Shown here in pieces: positions 17,586 through 25,917 of a stretch of DNA of 64,000 nucleotides. Origin of the DNA: Acidimicrobiales bacterium (GTDB taxonomy: Bacteria; Actinomycetota; Acidimicrobiia; Acidimicrobiales; JAUTXP01). Numbering within the stretch: position 1 is the stretch's first letter; the number at the start of each line of letters is the position of its first letter. Location of the stretch: assembly GCA_035651095.1 (NCBI GenBank), contig DASRGI010000274.1:1489-65488 (forward strand). Direction: 5' to 3'. The translations under genes and the position numbers were made by a program. Below the pieces are notes generated by a model. The model worked only from the letters and a program-made list of their open reading frames with translations, was not told the origin of the DNA and did no database searches.

Positions 17586-19280
17586 CTAGCGGAGACCGAC
17601 CGTGATCACGTGGTCGGTTCCGTCGTCCAAGCGGATCCCGATCTGCCAGAAGGTCCCCGCCTGGGCCTTGCTGGTCTGCCAGCTGAAGCTGTACTGCTGG
17701 CGCTTGGGGTCGAAGCTGATGAGCGATGCAGTGGGCGTCATGGGCCCGAACGTGCCGGCGCCGACCTTGAGCAGACCGCCCTTCTGCGGGGCCAGCCACA
17801 CCGGAGCGGCACCGGCCTGGACGGCCTGGCCGGCGGCGTTCTTCAGGGTGAAGGTCACCGACACGACGTTGCCGGCGTTGGTCTGCGAGTTGTTGCCCGG
17901 GCTGTTGAAGCCGGTGAAGTTGTAGACGACCCGGTAATGGATCACCTTGGTGGTCGTGTTGCCGGCCAGGTCGGTGGCCCTGGCCGTGTAGGTGAACAGG
18001 CCCACTCCCTTGGCGTTGCCGCCGGTGAGCGTGCCCGTGCAGGTCGACGTGCCCAGGCCGGAGACGGCGTCCGTGGCCGTGCAGGACGGCGTGGCCACCG
18101 GGCTGCCCAGCACGATGGTGCTGCCGTCGGCCGGCCCGCTCACGGTGACGCCGGGGGCGACGGTGTCGATCTTCAGGTTGAAGGACCCGCTGCCCGAGTT
18201 CCCCGCCTTGTCACTCCCCTGGTGGCTCCCGCTGTGGGCCCCTTCGCCGGACACGACCTCGTCGGTGTCGCACGAGTCGTCACCGGACAGGTTGTCGGTG
18301 CAGGTGGTGTGGACGGTGACCGGGTGGTTGTACCAACCGTTGGCGTTGGGCGCCTCCGTCGGGCCGGTGGTGACCGTGGGCGGCGTCTCGTCGATGTTGA
18401 GGTGCTCGACCTCGATGCCGGTGTTGCCCACGTTGTCGTCGGACATGGCGGCCACGTCCTTCACGCCTTCGGTGGTTTCGGTGTGGGCCCCCGGGCAGGT
18501 GGCCACGCCGGACGACGCATCCGAGCACGAGTAGGTGACGGACACGGGGGCGTTGTACCAGCCGTTGGCGTTGGGCAGGGCACTGCGGGTCGCGGTGATG
18601 GCGGGCACGTCGTCGTCGATGTGGACGAGGGCTTGGCGGCGCTTGTTGCCGGAGTCCATGGCCTCGGCGTTGCCGGCGTTGTCCTCGGACCACACCCGCT
18701 CGGTGTGGAACCCGGTGCCGGCCGTCGAGCCCGACGGGGTGAGGGCGCCGACGATGTCGGTGAGGCCCGACACCGCCTTGCCGCTCCCGAGGTCCACGTT
18801 CACGTAGCTGGCGGCCACGCCGGACAGCGGGTTGACCAGGCCGTCGTCGGACACGGCCGTGACGGTGGCGCCGTGGCGGTCGTACCAGGCGCCCGTGGTG
18901 ACGGACACGTACTTGGGACCCCCGAAGGTGACCTTGGTCTCCGGGGCGGTCTCGTCGATGCTGATGCTGTTGACCACGCCGATGGCCGTGTTGCCCCGGT
19001 CGTCGGTGGCCACCGGGCTGCTGATGCTCTGCGACGCCCCCTCGGTGGTCACCAGCGAGTCGGGCGGGCAGGCCACGACGGCGCCGGGGTCGTCGGAGCA
19101 CGTCCAGTGGACGGTGACGGCGTGGTTGTACCAGCCCTTGCCATTGGTCTTGTCGACGACCTGGCCGGTGACGGTGAGCCCGGTGGGAGGAGCGGCCGTG
19201 AGGGCGTGGGCAGCACCGATGCCACAGACGGCCAGGCCGGCGCTGCCAAGGATGCCGTTGCGCAGTCGGAGGAGTCGCAC
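17586..19280 (-). CDS. Secreted Ig-like domain repeat protein (recurrent NGWYN..V.V...C.D..SG motif)
   Basis: Signal peptide MRLLRLRNGILGSAGLAVCGIGAAHA. At least three repeats carry NGKGWYNHAVTVHWTCSDD, NANGWYNAPVSVTYSCSDASSG or NANGWYNHPVTVHTTCTDNLSG. This resembles GWY-motif Ig-like surface-protein repeats. Confidence 0.7.
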   Translation of the reverse strand: MRLLRLRNGILGSAGLAVCGIGAAHALTAAPPTGLTVTGQVVDKTNGKGWYNHAVTVHWTCSDDPGAVVACPPDSLVTTEGASQSISSPVATDDRGNTAIGVVNSISIDETAPETKVTFGGPKYVSVTTGAWYDRHGATVTAVSDDGLVNPLSGVAASYVNVDLGSGKAVSGLTDIVGALTPSGSTAGTGFHTERVWSEDNAGNAEAMDSGNKRRQALVHIDDDVPAITATRSALPNANGWYNAPVSVTYSCSDASSGVATCPGAHTETTEGVKDVAAMSDDNVGNTGIEVEHLNIDETPPTVTTGPTEAPNANGWYNHPVTVHTTCTDNLSGDDSCDTDEVVSGEGAHSGSHQGSDKAGNSGSGSFNLKIDTVAPGVTVSGPADGSTIVLGSPVATPSCTATDAVSGLGTSTCTGTLTGGNAKGVGLFTYTARATDLAGNTTTKVIHYRVVYNFTGFNSPGNNSQTNAGNVVSVTFTLKNAAGQAVQAGAAPVWLAPQKGGLLKVGAGTFGPMTPTASLISFDPKRQQYSFSWQTSKAQAGTFWQIGIRLDDGTDHVITVGLR

Positions 19281-19360
19281 ACGGGCAGCGTCGCTACCGG
19301 ACCTTTGGAAAACCTCGGGTGGTGGTCCTACGACCGGTGCGATTGCGATAGGAAGACCGG

Positions 19361-20071
19361 GTGGACAGCGCCGAGTACCTCCGCCACGTGGAAGCCGACG
19401 GGAAGGCCTTCGCCGCCGCCGTCGCCTCCACGCCCCCCGAGACCCGCGTGCCCTGGTGCCCCGAGTGGGACGTGGCCGCCCTCACCAAGCACCTCACCCG
19501 CGTCCACATGTGGGTCGAGGGCGTGGTCCGCACCCGGGCCCAGGAGCGGGTGGACCATCGCAGCCTGGCGTGGCCTGACTCCTTCGAGGCCGGGCTCGAC
19601 CAGCTGCTCGCCACCCTCCACTCGGTGGCGGACGACGAGCCGGTGTGGAACTGGTCGTCCAGCTCGCCGCCCGTGGGCGCGTTCTGGCCCCGCCGCATGG
19701 CCCACGAGACGGCCATGCACCGCTGGGATGCCGAGGCCGCGGGGGGCTCGGCCGGGCCCATCGACAGCGCGCTGGCCGCCGACGGCATCGACGAGTTCTT
19801 CGACGTGTTCCTGTCGGCCCGAGCAGCCGACGACCCCACCGTGAGCCTGCCCGGCTCGCTCCACCTGCACAGCACCGACCACCCCGGCGAGTGGACGGTG
19901 ACGGTCGGCGGGGGCACGGCCGACGTCCAGCGGGCGCACGGCAAGGGCGACGCCGCGCTCAAGGGCCCGGCGTCCGACCTCGTCCGTTTCGTGTCCAACC
20001 GCCCCTGCGACGTCGAGGCGTTCGGGGACCCGGCCGTGGTCGAGGCCTGGCGGGCCGGTATCAAGTTCTGA
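19361..20071 (+). CDS. Mycothiol-dependent maleylpyruvate isomerase family (DinB/MDMPI_N) protein
   Basis: N-terminal DinB-like helix bundle with W..WDV..L..H motifs (PWCPEWDVAALTKHLTRVHMW, RRMAHETAMHRWDAE). The C-terminal SCP2-like part has the typical LKGPASDLVRFVSNR. Confidence 0.8.
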   Translation: MDSAEYLRHVEADGKAFAAAVASTPPETRVPWCPEWDVAALTKHLTRVHMWVEGVVRTRAQERVDHRSLAWPDSFEAGLDQLLATLHSVADDEPVWNWSSSSPPVGAFWPRRMAHETAMHRWDAEAAGGSAGPIDSALAADGIDEFFDVFLSARAADDPTVSLPGSLHLHSTDHPGEWTVTVGGGTADVQRAHGKGDAALKGPASDLVRFVSNRPCDVEAFGDPAVVEAWRAGIKF

Positions 20072-20118
20072 CCGCTGGGCGCCGGCCGCGCAGCTCGCCC
20101 GCCCGCTGGCCGCACGGC

Positions 20119-21168
20119 TCAGCTCACGAGGTCCACAACGACCTTCACGTCGTCGGGGCCGCGCTGGAGGGCGGCCTCGAAGTCGGCCAGCGGGTGGCGC
20201 CGGGTGATCAGCCGACCCAGCCAGGACCGGTCGGCCGCGGCCAGCGCGTCCGCCGCCGCCTGGTAGTGGTCGCGGTTGGCGTTCACCGAGCCGAACACCA
20301 CGTCGTTCTGCAGGACCATCTGGCGGTTGAGCAGGCCGCCGTCGATGGAGATCGAGCGCCCGCCTGAGGACACGCCGGTGAGGCACACGACGCCGTCGGG
20401 CGCGTTGCACGCCACCACCCGGAACACCACGTCGGCCACGCCCGTGCACTCGACGACCACGTCGGCCGACCCGCACGCCTCCTCCACGGTGGTGTGGTGG
20501 TAGGTGGCCCCGAGGTCGCCCACCAGGTCGGGCTTGGGACCGTCGGTCACCCGGTCGAGCACGTGTACGTCGAGCCCCCGCTGCACGCCGAGCATGGCGG
20601 CCAGCAGGCCGATGGGGCCGGCCCCGGTCACGAACACCCGCCGGGGCGACCACGACCGGCTGCGACCCCCGATGCGCTCGATGTGCTCCCACGCCTTGGC
20701 CACCACGCTGGTGGGCTCGAGGAGGATGCCGAGATCGCCCAGGGCGGCGTCGATGCGGACCACGAAGTCGGGCTCGACCCGCCAGCGCTCGGACGCATAC
20801 CCATGCCGCCCCTTGATGCCCCGCTCGGTGTACTGACCGTTGCGGCACATGTCCCACTCGCCCACCGCGCAGGCCGGGCAGGGCACGGGGTCGGGCCGGC
20901 GCACGATGCCGACCACCAGATCGCCGGCGGTCACCGGCGAGCCCGCAGGTGCTTCCAACACCCGGCCCAGGGACTCGTGGCCGAGCACCAGGAAGTCGGA
21001 CCCGGGCGGGGGCTCGCCGTAGTGGCCGGCCACGATCTCGGCGTCGGTGCCGCACACGCCCATGGCCAGGCCCTTCACCAGCACCGAGCCCTCGCCGGGG
21101 TCGGGCTCGGGCACGTCCCGCACCTGGGCCGAACCGGCCTGCCCGGGCACCACGGTCAGCGCTCGCAT
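20119..21168 (-). CDS. Zinc-dependent MDR dehydrogenase, glucose 1-dehydrogenase-like
   Basis: GVCGTDAEIV, FLVLGHESLG and a structural-zinc Cys cluster (CPACAVGEWDMC). Rossmann motif VTGAGPIGLL. The overall pattern resembles archaeal-type glucose dehydrogenases. Confidence 0.8.
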   Translation of the reverse strand: MRALTVVPGQAGSAQVRDVPEPDPGEGSVLVKGLAMGVCGTDAEIVAGHYGEPPPGSDFLVLGHESLGRVLEAPAGSPVTAGDLVVGIVRRPDPVPCPACAVGEWDMCRNGQYTERGIKGRHGYASERWRVEPDFVVRIDAALGDLGILLEPTSVVAKAWEHIERIGGRSRSWSPRRVFVTGAGPIGLLAAMLGVQRGLDVHVLDRVTDGPKPDLVGDLGATYHHTTVEEACGSADVVVECTGVADVVFRVVACNAPDGVVCLTGVSSGGRSISIDGGLLNRQMVLQNDVVFGSVNANRDHYQAAADALAAADRSWLGRLITRRHPLADFEAALQRGPDDVKVVVDLVS

Positions 21169-21227
21169 ACGCCGCGGACGCTACCGGCCCAGAGCGCTCT
21201 GGCCGCAACGACTGCGGGTTCAGGGGT

Positions 21228-21596
21228 TCAGGTCTTGAGTTCGGCGATCTTGTCGTGGAACAGCGTGCTGGCGATGACGGCCCGCTCGGGTTCGCCCCGC
21301 AGGAACGCCTGGGCGAAGCCCTTGGCCTGCTCGTACTCGACCTTGGGCGGCATCGGGGGCTCGTCCGGGTTGGTCAGGCAGTCGACCACGGCCGGGCCCC
21401 GGTGGGCCAGGGCGGCCGCCACGGCCGGAGCCACGTCCATGGCCTTCTCCACCCGGATGCCGAGGGCCCCGTTGGACGTCGCGAACTCGGCGAAGTTGGC
21501 CGGAGCCTTGATGCCGTCGCCGGGAAGCCCGAAGACACGGTCGACGCCCCAGTCGATGAGTCGCTCCACCAGGAGCTCGGATGCCAGCTTGGCCAT
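21228..21596 (-). pseudogene. Remnant of a PoxB-like thiamine-diphosphate enzyme with a large internal in-frame deletion
   Basis: The first ~29 aa (MAKLASELLVERLIDWGVDRVFGLPGDGI) match the extreme N-terminus of pyruvate oxidase/PoxB-type enzymes. They join directly to the last ~95 aa (NFAEFATSNGALGIRVEKA...PPKVEYEQAKGFAQAFL), which match the PoxB C-terminal tail (E. coli ...NFARIAEACGITGIRVEKA...PPQIKLEQAKGFSLYML). About 440 aa holding the catalytic core are missing. Confidence 0.7.
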
Positions 21597-21685
21597 GCCC
21601 GGACGCTTCCCACCCGGCACCCCGGCCACACATGAGAGCGCGCTACGGCAGGAAGGGACCAGCTCGCCAAAGAACTGTCCCTGAC

Positions 21686-23943
21686 GTGCGCAAATCGTTC
21701 CTGCTGTCTTTCCTCACGGCCGCCCTCGTGCTGCCCGTCCTGCCCGCCGCCCATGCCCTCCGGGCGGCACCCTTGCCCGAGCCCAGGGCCGGGCGCTGCG
21801 GCGACGTGTTCTGCGCAGGCGCGGCCCGAGCCGACATCACCCCGCCCATCACCACGCCCATGTGGGGCTACACGGCCCGGGAGCTGGCCGACCACTCCCC
21901 CACGCGTCTCGGCGACGCCGCCGGCAAGCTGGCCGCGGGCTCACCCGGAGACGCCCTGAGCGTCCTCGCCTCCGACCCGTGGGTGGCCGACAAGACGGGC
22001 GGTGATGCCGAGGGATACTGCAAGACCTTCGAGTGCAACCAGGGGATCCAGACCCGCCTGTTCGCCAACGCCTTCGTGCTGGAGGACAGGAACGCCACCA
22101 AGGTGGCCGTCGTCCAGGTCGACCTGGGCGGGCTCCCGGCCGAGGTCCACCAGGCCGTGGCCGACCGGGTGTCCCGGAGCGTCGGCATCGACGCCGCCCA
22201 CCTCCTGATCTCCGCCACGCACACCCACCAAGGCCCGGGCGGCATCTTCCAGTACCAGGGCTACGCCCTGCTGGGCGGCGACCAGTTCGACCCCCGCGTC
22301 TTCGCGGCCGTCACCGGCGGCATCGCCAACGCCGTGGAGCGGGCCGACCACTCGCGCCGGCCGGCCAAGATGGCGTGGGCGCAGATGGTGGGGCGCCTGG
22401 GAACCACAACCGGCGCACCGAGCAGTTCTGCCTCGACCCCGAGTCGCACTGCGGCGAGGCGGGTGCCCTGCCCTCGGCCAACGACACCCTCACCGTCATG
22501 CGCCTCGACACCGTGTGGGGCGACCCCATCGGCATCATCTCCAACTTCGCCAACCACGGGACCATCGGGGGCGACGACAACCTCCTGTTCTCGGGCGACA
22601 ACCAGGCCTTCGCGGTGCGGGACATCGAGGCGGGCATCGCTGCGTTGGCCGACGCCGACGCCCACGGGCCCCGGGCGGGGCGGGCTGGCAGCCAGTGGCC
22701 GATCGACGCCCTGCTCAACGGGTCGCAGGGCGACCAGTCACCGGCCAGCAATCCGGGCACGGCGTGGCCTCCCGGCACGCCCGGAGTCAACGTGAGCTAC
22801 GCGGCCATGGAGGGGGCGGGCAAGATCCAGGCGCCGCCCGCCCTGACCCTGTGGCGGTCGCTGGGCGACGAGCTCACCGGCGACGTGACCCTTGACGCCC
22901 GCATGGAACAGGTGTGCTTCTGCGGTCAGGCCGTGCGCGATCCCGGCCCCAACTACGACGGCGATCCGCTGTGGGATCACGTGAGCGCGTCACCGATGCT
23001 CGGTTCCGGCGGCGTGACCAGTGACGCTGTCGCCGGCCTGCCACCAGCGTCCAGCCCGGTGGTGGTCCCCACCCAAGGCATGAAGCTTTCGGCCCTCGCC
23101 GGCAACGGCACCAGCCCCCAGGCCACCCGCCTCCAGCAGTTCCGCATCGGCGACCTGCTCATCGCATCGATGCCAGGCGAGCCCACGGTGAACATGGGGC
23201 GGCGCATCATCGGCGCCATCAACGCGACGGCCAAGGGTGCTTCCACGCCCATCCGGGGCGCCATCATCGCCGGACTGGCCGACGACTACGTCTCCTACTT
23301 CACCACCCACGAGGAGTACCGCAGCTACCAGTACGAGGCCTCGTTCTCGCTCTACGGGCCCCAGGAGGGCCAGCTCCTGCTGGAAGAGCACGTCAACCTG
23401 ACCAGCGCCCTCCTCCAAGGCACGACCGTCCCGCTGTGCACGCCCACGCCCGTGTGCCCATCCGTGTCGTACCCGGCCGGCGCGGCGGTGCCGCCCCGGC
23501 CCATCGGCACCGACCCGGAGCCCTCGGTCCTGAAGCAGCCGGCGGGCGCGGCCACCCAGTTCGACGTGGTGTCCTTCAGCTGGGTGGGCGGGTCTCCCTC
23601 GGCCGAGTGGGCGCCCGACGAGGACCGGGTGCAGGTGCAGCGCCGCACCGGAAGCGGCGACTGGGTCACGGTGGCCGGCGACGCCCGGGACTACGCCACC
23701 CTCCTCACCCACGCCACCGTCGCCGGCCAACACCAGTGGACCACGAGCTGGGACATCACCCGGGAGTTCGGTCCGGGCACCTATCGCTTCAGGATCACCG
23801 GCCACCGGGCCACTGGCAACTCCACGGCCACGCCCTACACGCTGACGTCGAATCCCGTGACCGTGAGCGCCTTCACCGGCGCCTGCCCGCCCGTACCCAA
23901 CCCCCTCACGTCCTTCCGCTTCCGGGACGCCTGCGCCCGCTGA
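21686..23943 (+). pseudogene. Neutral/alkaline ceramidase homolog interrupted by a single-base frameshift (or assembly error)
   Basis: Signal peptide VRKSFLLSFLTAALVLPVLPAAHA, then ARADITPPITTPMWGY in the frame of ORF 21581..22795. The homology continues in the frame of ORF 22033..23943 (GNHNRRTEQFCLDPE..., ISNFANHGT..., MPGEPTV...). The frames switch around 22385-22400. Confidence 0.7.
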
Positions 23944-24052
23944 TGGCCCCACCCGCCCCAAGCGCCGGGGGGGACGGCCGAGCCGGCCCCGGACCCGGCT
24001 TGAGTCGTCCTTTTTTGGCTGGGCTGGGCCGGTATGACAAGAATCCCCTGCC

Positions 24053-24670
24053 ATGCGGTTCCGCCTCGTCCCCACCGACGACCGCTTCTTCGACCTCTTC
24101 AGCGAATCTGCGCTGAACGCCGATGAATGCGCCCGCCGACTCCACGATCTGATCAACGATCCGTCCGACGTCTCGGCCAAGCACTCGCGGGTCGTGGAGT
24201 GCGAGCGCAACGGCGACCGCATCACCCTCGCCATCCTCCACCGCCTGGACACGAGCTTCGTCACCCCCTTCGACCGGGAGGACATCCACGCCCTGGCCGA
24301 GGAGCTGGACGACGTGGTCGACGACATGCTGGCCGTGTCCGACCTGTTCCAACTGGTGCGCCCGGCCCACTCGCTGCCCGAGCTACTGAAAATGGCCGAC
24401 GTGCTGGTGCAGATGTCGCACCACACCGTCGAGCTCATGGGCAACCTCCAGACGCTCAAGGGCACCAAACCCATGCTCGACGCCATCGACCAGTTGGAGA
24501 GCGACGGCGACACCATCTACCGCCAGACCATCGCCCGGCTGTTCAGCGGCGAGTACGAGGCCCTCGAAGTCCTGAAGTGGAAGGACATCGTCCAGGCCAT
24601 GGAGGAGGCCCTCAACACCATCGAGGACATCTCCGATGTGGTCGAGTCCATCGTCTTGAAGCACGCGTAA
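24053..24670 (+). CDS. DUF47 family protein (PhoU-like Pit accessory protein)
   Basis: 205 aa. DREDIHALAEELDDVVD and KDIVQAMEEALNTIEDISDVVESIVLK are typical of DUF47/YkaA proteins encoded upstream of pit. Confidence 0.85.
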   Translation: MRFRLVPTDDRFFDLFSESALNADECARRLHDLINDPSDVSAKHSRVVECERNGDRITLAILHRLDTSFVTPFDREDIHALAEELDDVVDDMLAVSDLFQLVRPAHSLPELLKMADVLVQMSHHTVELMGNLQTLKGTKPMLDAIDQLESDGDTIYRQTIARLFSGEYEALEVLKWKDIVQAMEEALNTIEDISDVVESIVLKHA

Positions 24671-24679
24671 GCGAGCGAC

Positions 24680-25675
24680 ATGACCCTCGGCGTGATCATC
24701 GTCATCGTCGTCGCGCTCGCCTTCGACTTCACCAACGGGTTCCACGACGCGGCCAACTCCATCGCCACCGTGGTCTCCACGCGCGTGCTGTCGCCGCGCT
24801 ACGCGGTGGCCTGGGCCGCCTTCTTCAACTTCGTGGCCTTCCTCGTGTTCAAGACCCACGTGGCCAGCACCATCGCCAAGGACGTGGTGACCCAGGACGT
24901 GCTGACCATCGGGGTGGTGTTCGCCGGCCTGGTGGGCGCCATCGGCTGGAACCTGGTGACCTTCTACCTGGGCCTGCCCACCAGCTCGTCCCACGCGCTG
25001 GTGGGGGGCATCGCCGGCGCCGCCGTGGCCCGGGCGGGCAGCCACGTGCTCCAGTCCGACGGGCTGCGCAAGATCGGCGTGTTCATCGTTCTGTCACCCC
25101 TGATCGGCTTGGCCCTGGGCCTCATCCTCACGCTCGTCATCCAGTGGGCGTTCCACAAGTACCGCAAGGTGGAGAAGCTCAACCGCGGGTTCCGCAGGGC
25201 CCAGCTGATGTCGGCCGCCGCCTTCTCGCTGGGCCACGGGGGCAACGACGCCCAGAAGACCATGGGCGTGATCCTCGCCGTGCTCATCGCCAGCGGCCAC
25301 GTGTCCAAGACGTCGGGCGTCCCCCTGTGGGTCGTGCTGGTGGCCCACAGCGCCATCGGGCTCGGCACGCTGTCGGGGGGCTGGCGGATCGTGAAGACCA
25401 TGGGCTCGCGCATCACTCGCCTGCAGCCGGTGGGCGGGGTGGCGGCCGAGACGGGGGCGGCGGTCACGTTGTTCTTCGCATCGGCCCACGGCATCCCCGT
25501 GTCGACCACCCACACCATCACCGGCGCCATCGTGGGGGTGGGGGCGTCCAGCCGGCTGAGCGCGGTGCGCTGGGGCGTGGCCGGGCAAGTGGTGTGGGCG
25601 TGGGTGCTCACCATCCCGGGCGCCTTCGCCATCGCTGCCGTCACGTCGTTGCTGGTGCAGGCGGCGGCGCGATGA
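24680..25675 (+). CDS. pit: Inorganic phosphate transporter, PiT family
   Basis: FDFTNGFHDAANSIATVVSTR and GGNDAQKTMGVI (duplicated PHO4 signature). About 10 hydrophobic segments. Confidence 0.9.
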   Translation: MTLGVIIVIVVALAFDFTNGFHDAANSIATVVSTRVLSPRYAVAWAAFFNFVAFLVFKTHVASTIAKDVVTQDVLTIGVVFAGLVGAIGWNLVTFYLGLPTSSSHALVGGIAGAAVARAGSHVLQSDGLRKIGVFIVLSPLIGLALGLILTLVIQWAFHKYRKVEKLNRGFRRAQLMSAAAFSLGHGGNDAQKTMGVILAVLIASGHVSKTSGVPLWVVLVAHSAIGLGTLSGGWRIVKTMGSRITRLQPVGGVAAETGAAVTLFFASAHGIPVSTTHTITGAIVGVGASSRLSAVRWGVAGQVVWAWVLTIPGAFAIAAVTSLLVQAAAR

Positions 25676-25851
25676 CGGGCGGCGGCATCGACCGGCGGGC
25701 CATCTTCTTCGTGATCGCCGCCGCCGTGTGCTTCGCCCTGGTGCCCGTGGCCCAGGAGGAGTTCCGCCCGCTGGCCATCACCGTCGGCGTCGTGTACGTG
25801 GTGCTGGCCGTGCTGTCCGCCCTCGACGCCTGGTCCCGCAGCCGTCCCTAA
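25672..25851 (+). CDS. Small two-helix membrane protein coupled to pit
   Basis: ATG 25672 overlaps the pit stop as ATGA. 59 aa with two hydrophobic stretches (IFFVIAAAVCFALVPV, ITVGVVYVVLAVLSAL). Confidence 0.5.
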   Translation: MTGGGIDRRAIFFVIAAAVCFALVPVAQEEFRPLAITVGVVYVVLAVLSALDAWSRSRP

Positions 25852-25867
25852 CCCCACCCTCCCAACA

Positions 25868-25914
25868 TTCTCGTAACGCTGGAGCCGGCTATGCCGGCGT
25901 AGGCGTTACGAGAA
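25868..25914. repeat. Conserved palindromic hairpin element (copy A) in a convergent intergenic gap
   Basis: TTCTCGTAACGC (25868-25879) pairs with GCGTTACGAGAA (25903-25914), with an inner GCCGGC-TAT-GCCGGC stem. It sits between the stop at 25851 (+) and the stop at 25918 (-). Both arms are near-identical to copy B at 41288. Confidence 0.7.
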
Positions 25915-25917
25915 CGG

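Noticed and set aside
15774-19844. Very long ORFs on the opposite strand or in other frames of real genes. Examples: 15774..19844 + (1356 aa), 43219..46182 - (987 aa), 49397..52300 - (967 aa), 40287..42272 - (661 aa), 33060..35087 + (675 aa).
   Set aside because: Their translations are Arg/Gly/Pro/Ala-rich low-complexity strings with no motifs. Each fully overlaps a gene with clear family signatures (glyA, the LAL regulator, clpB, glnD/marP, the ABC permease). These are shadow ORFs, expected at about 70% GC.
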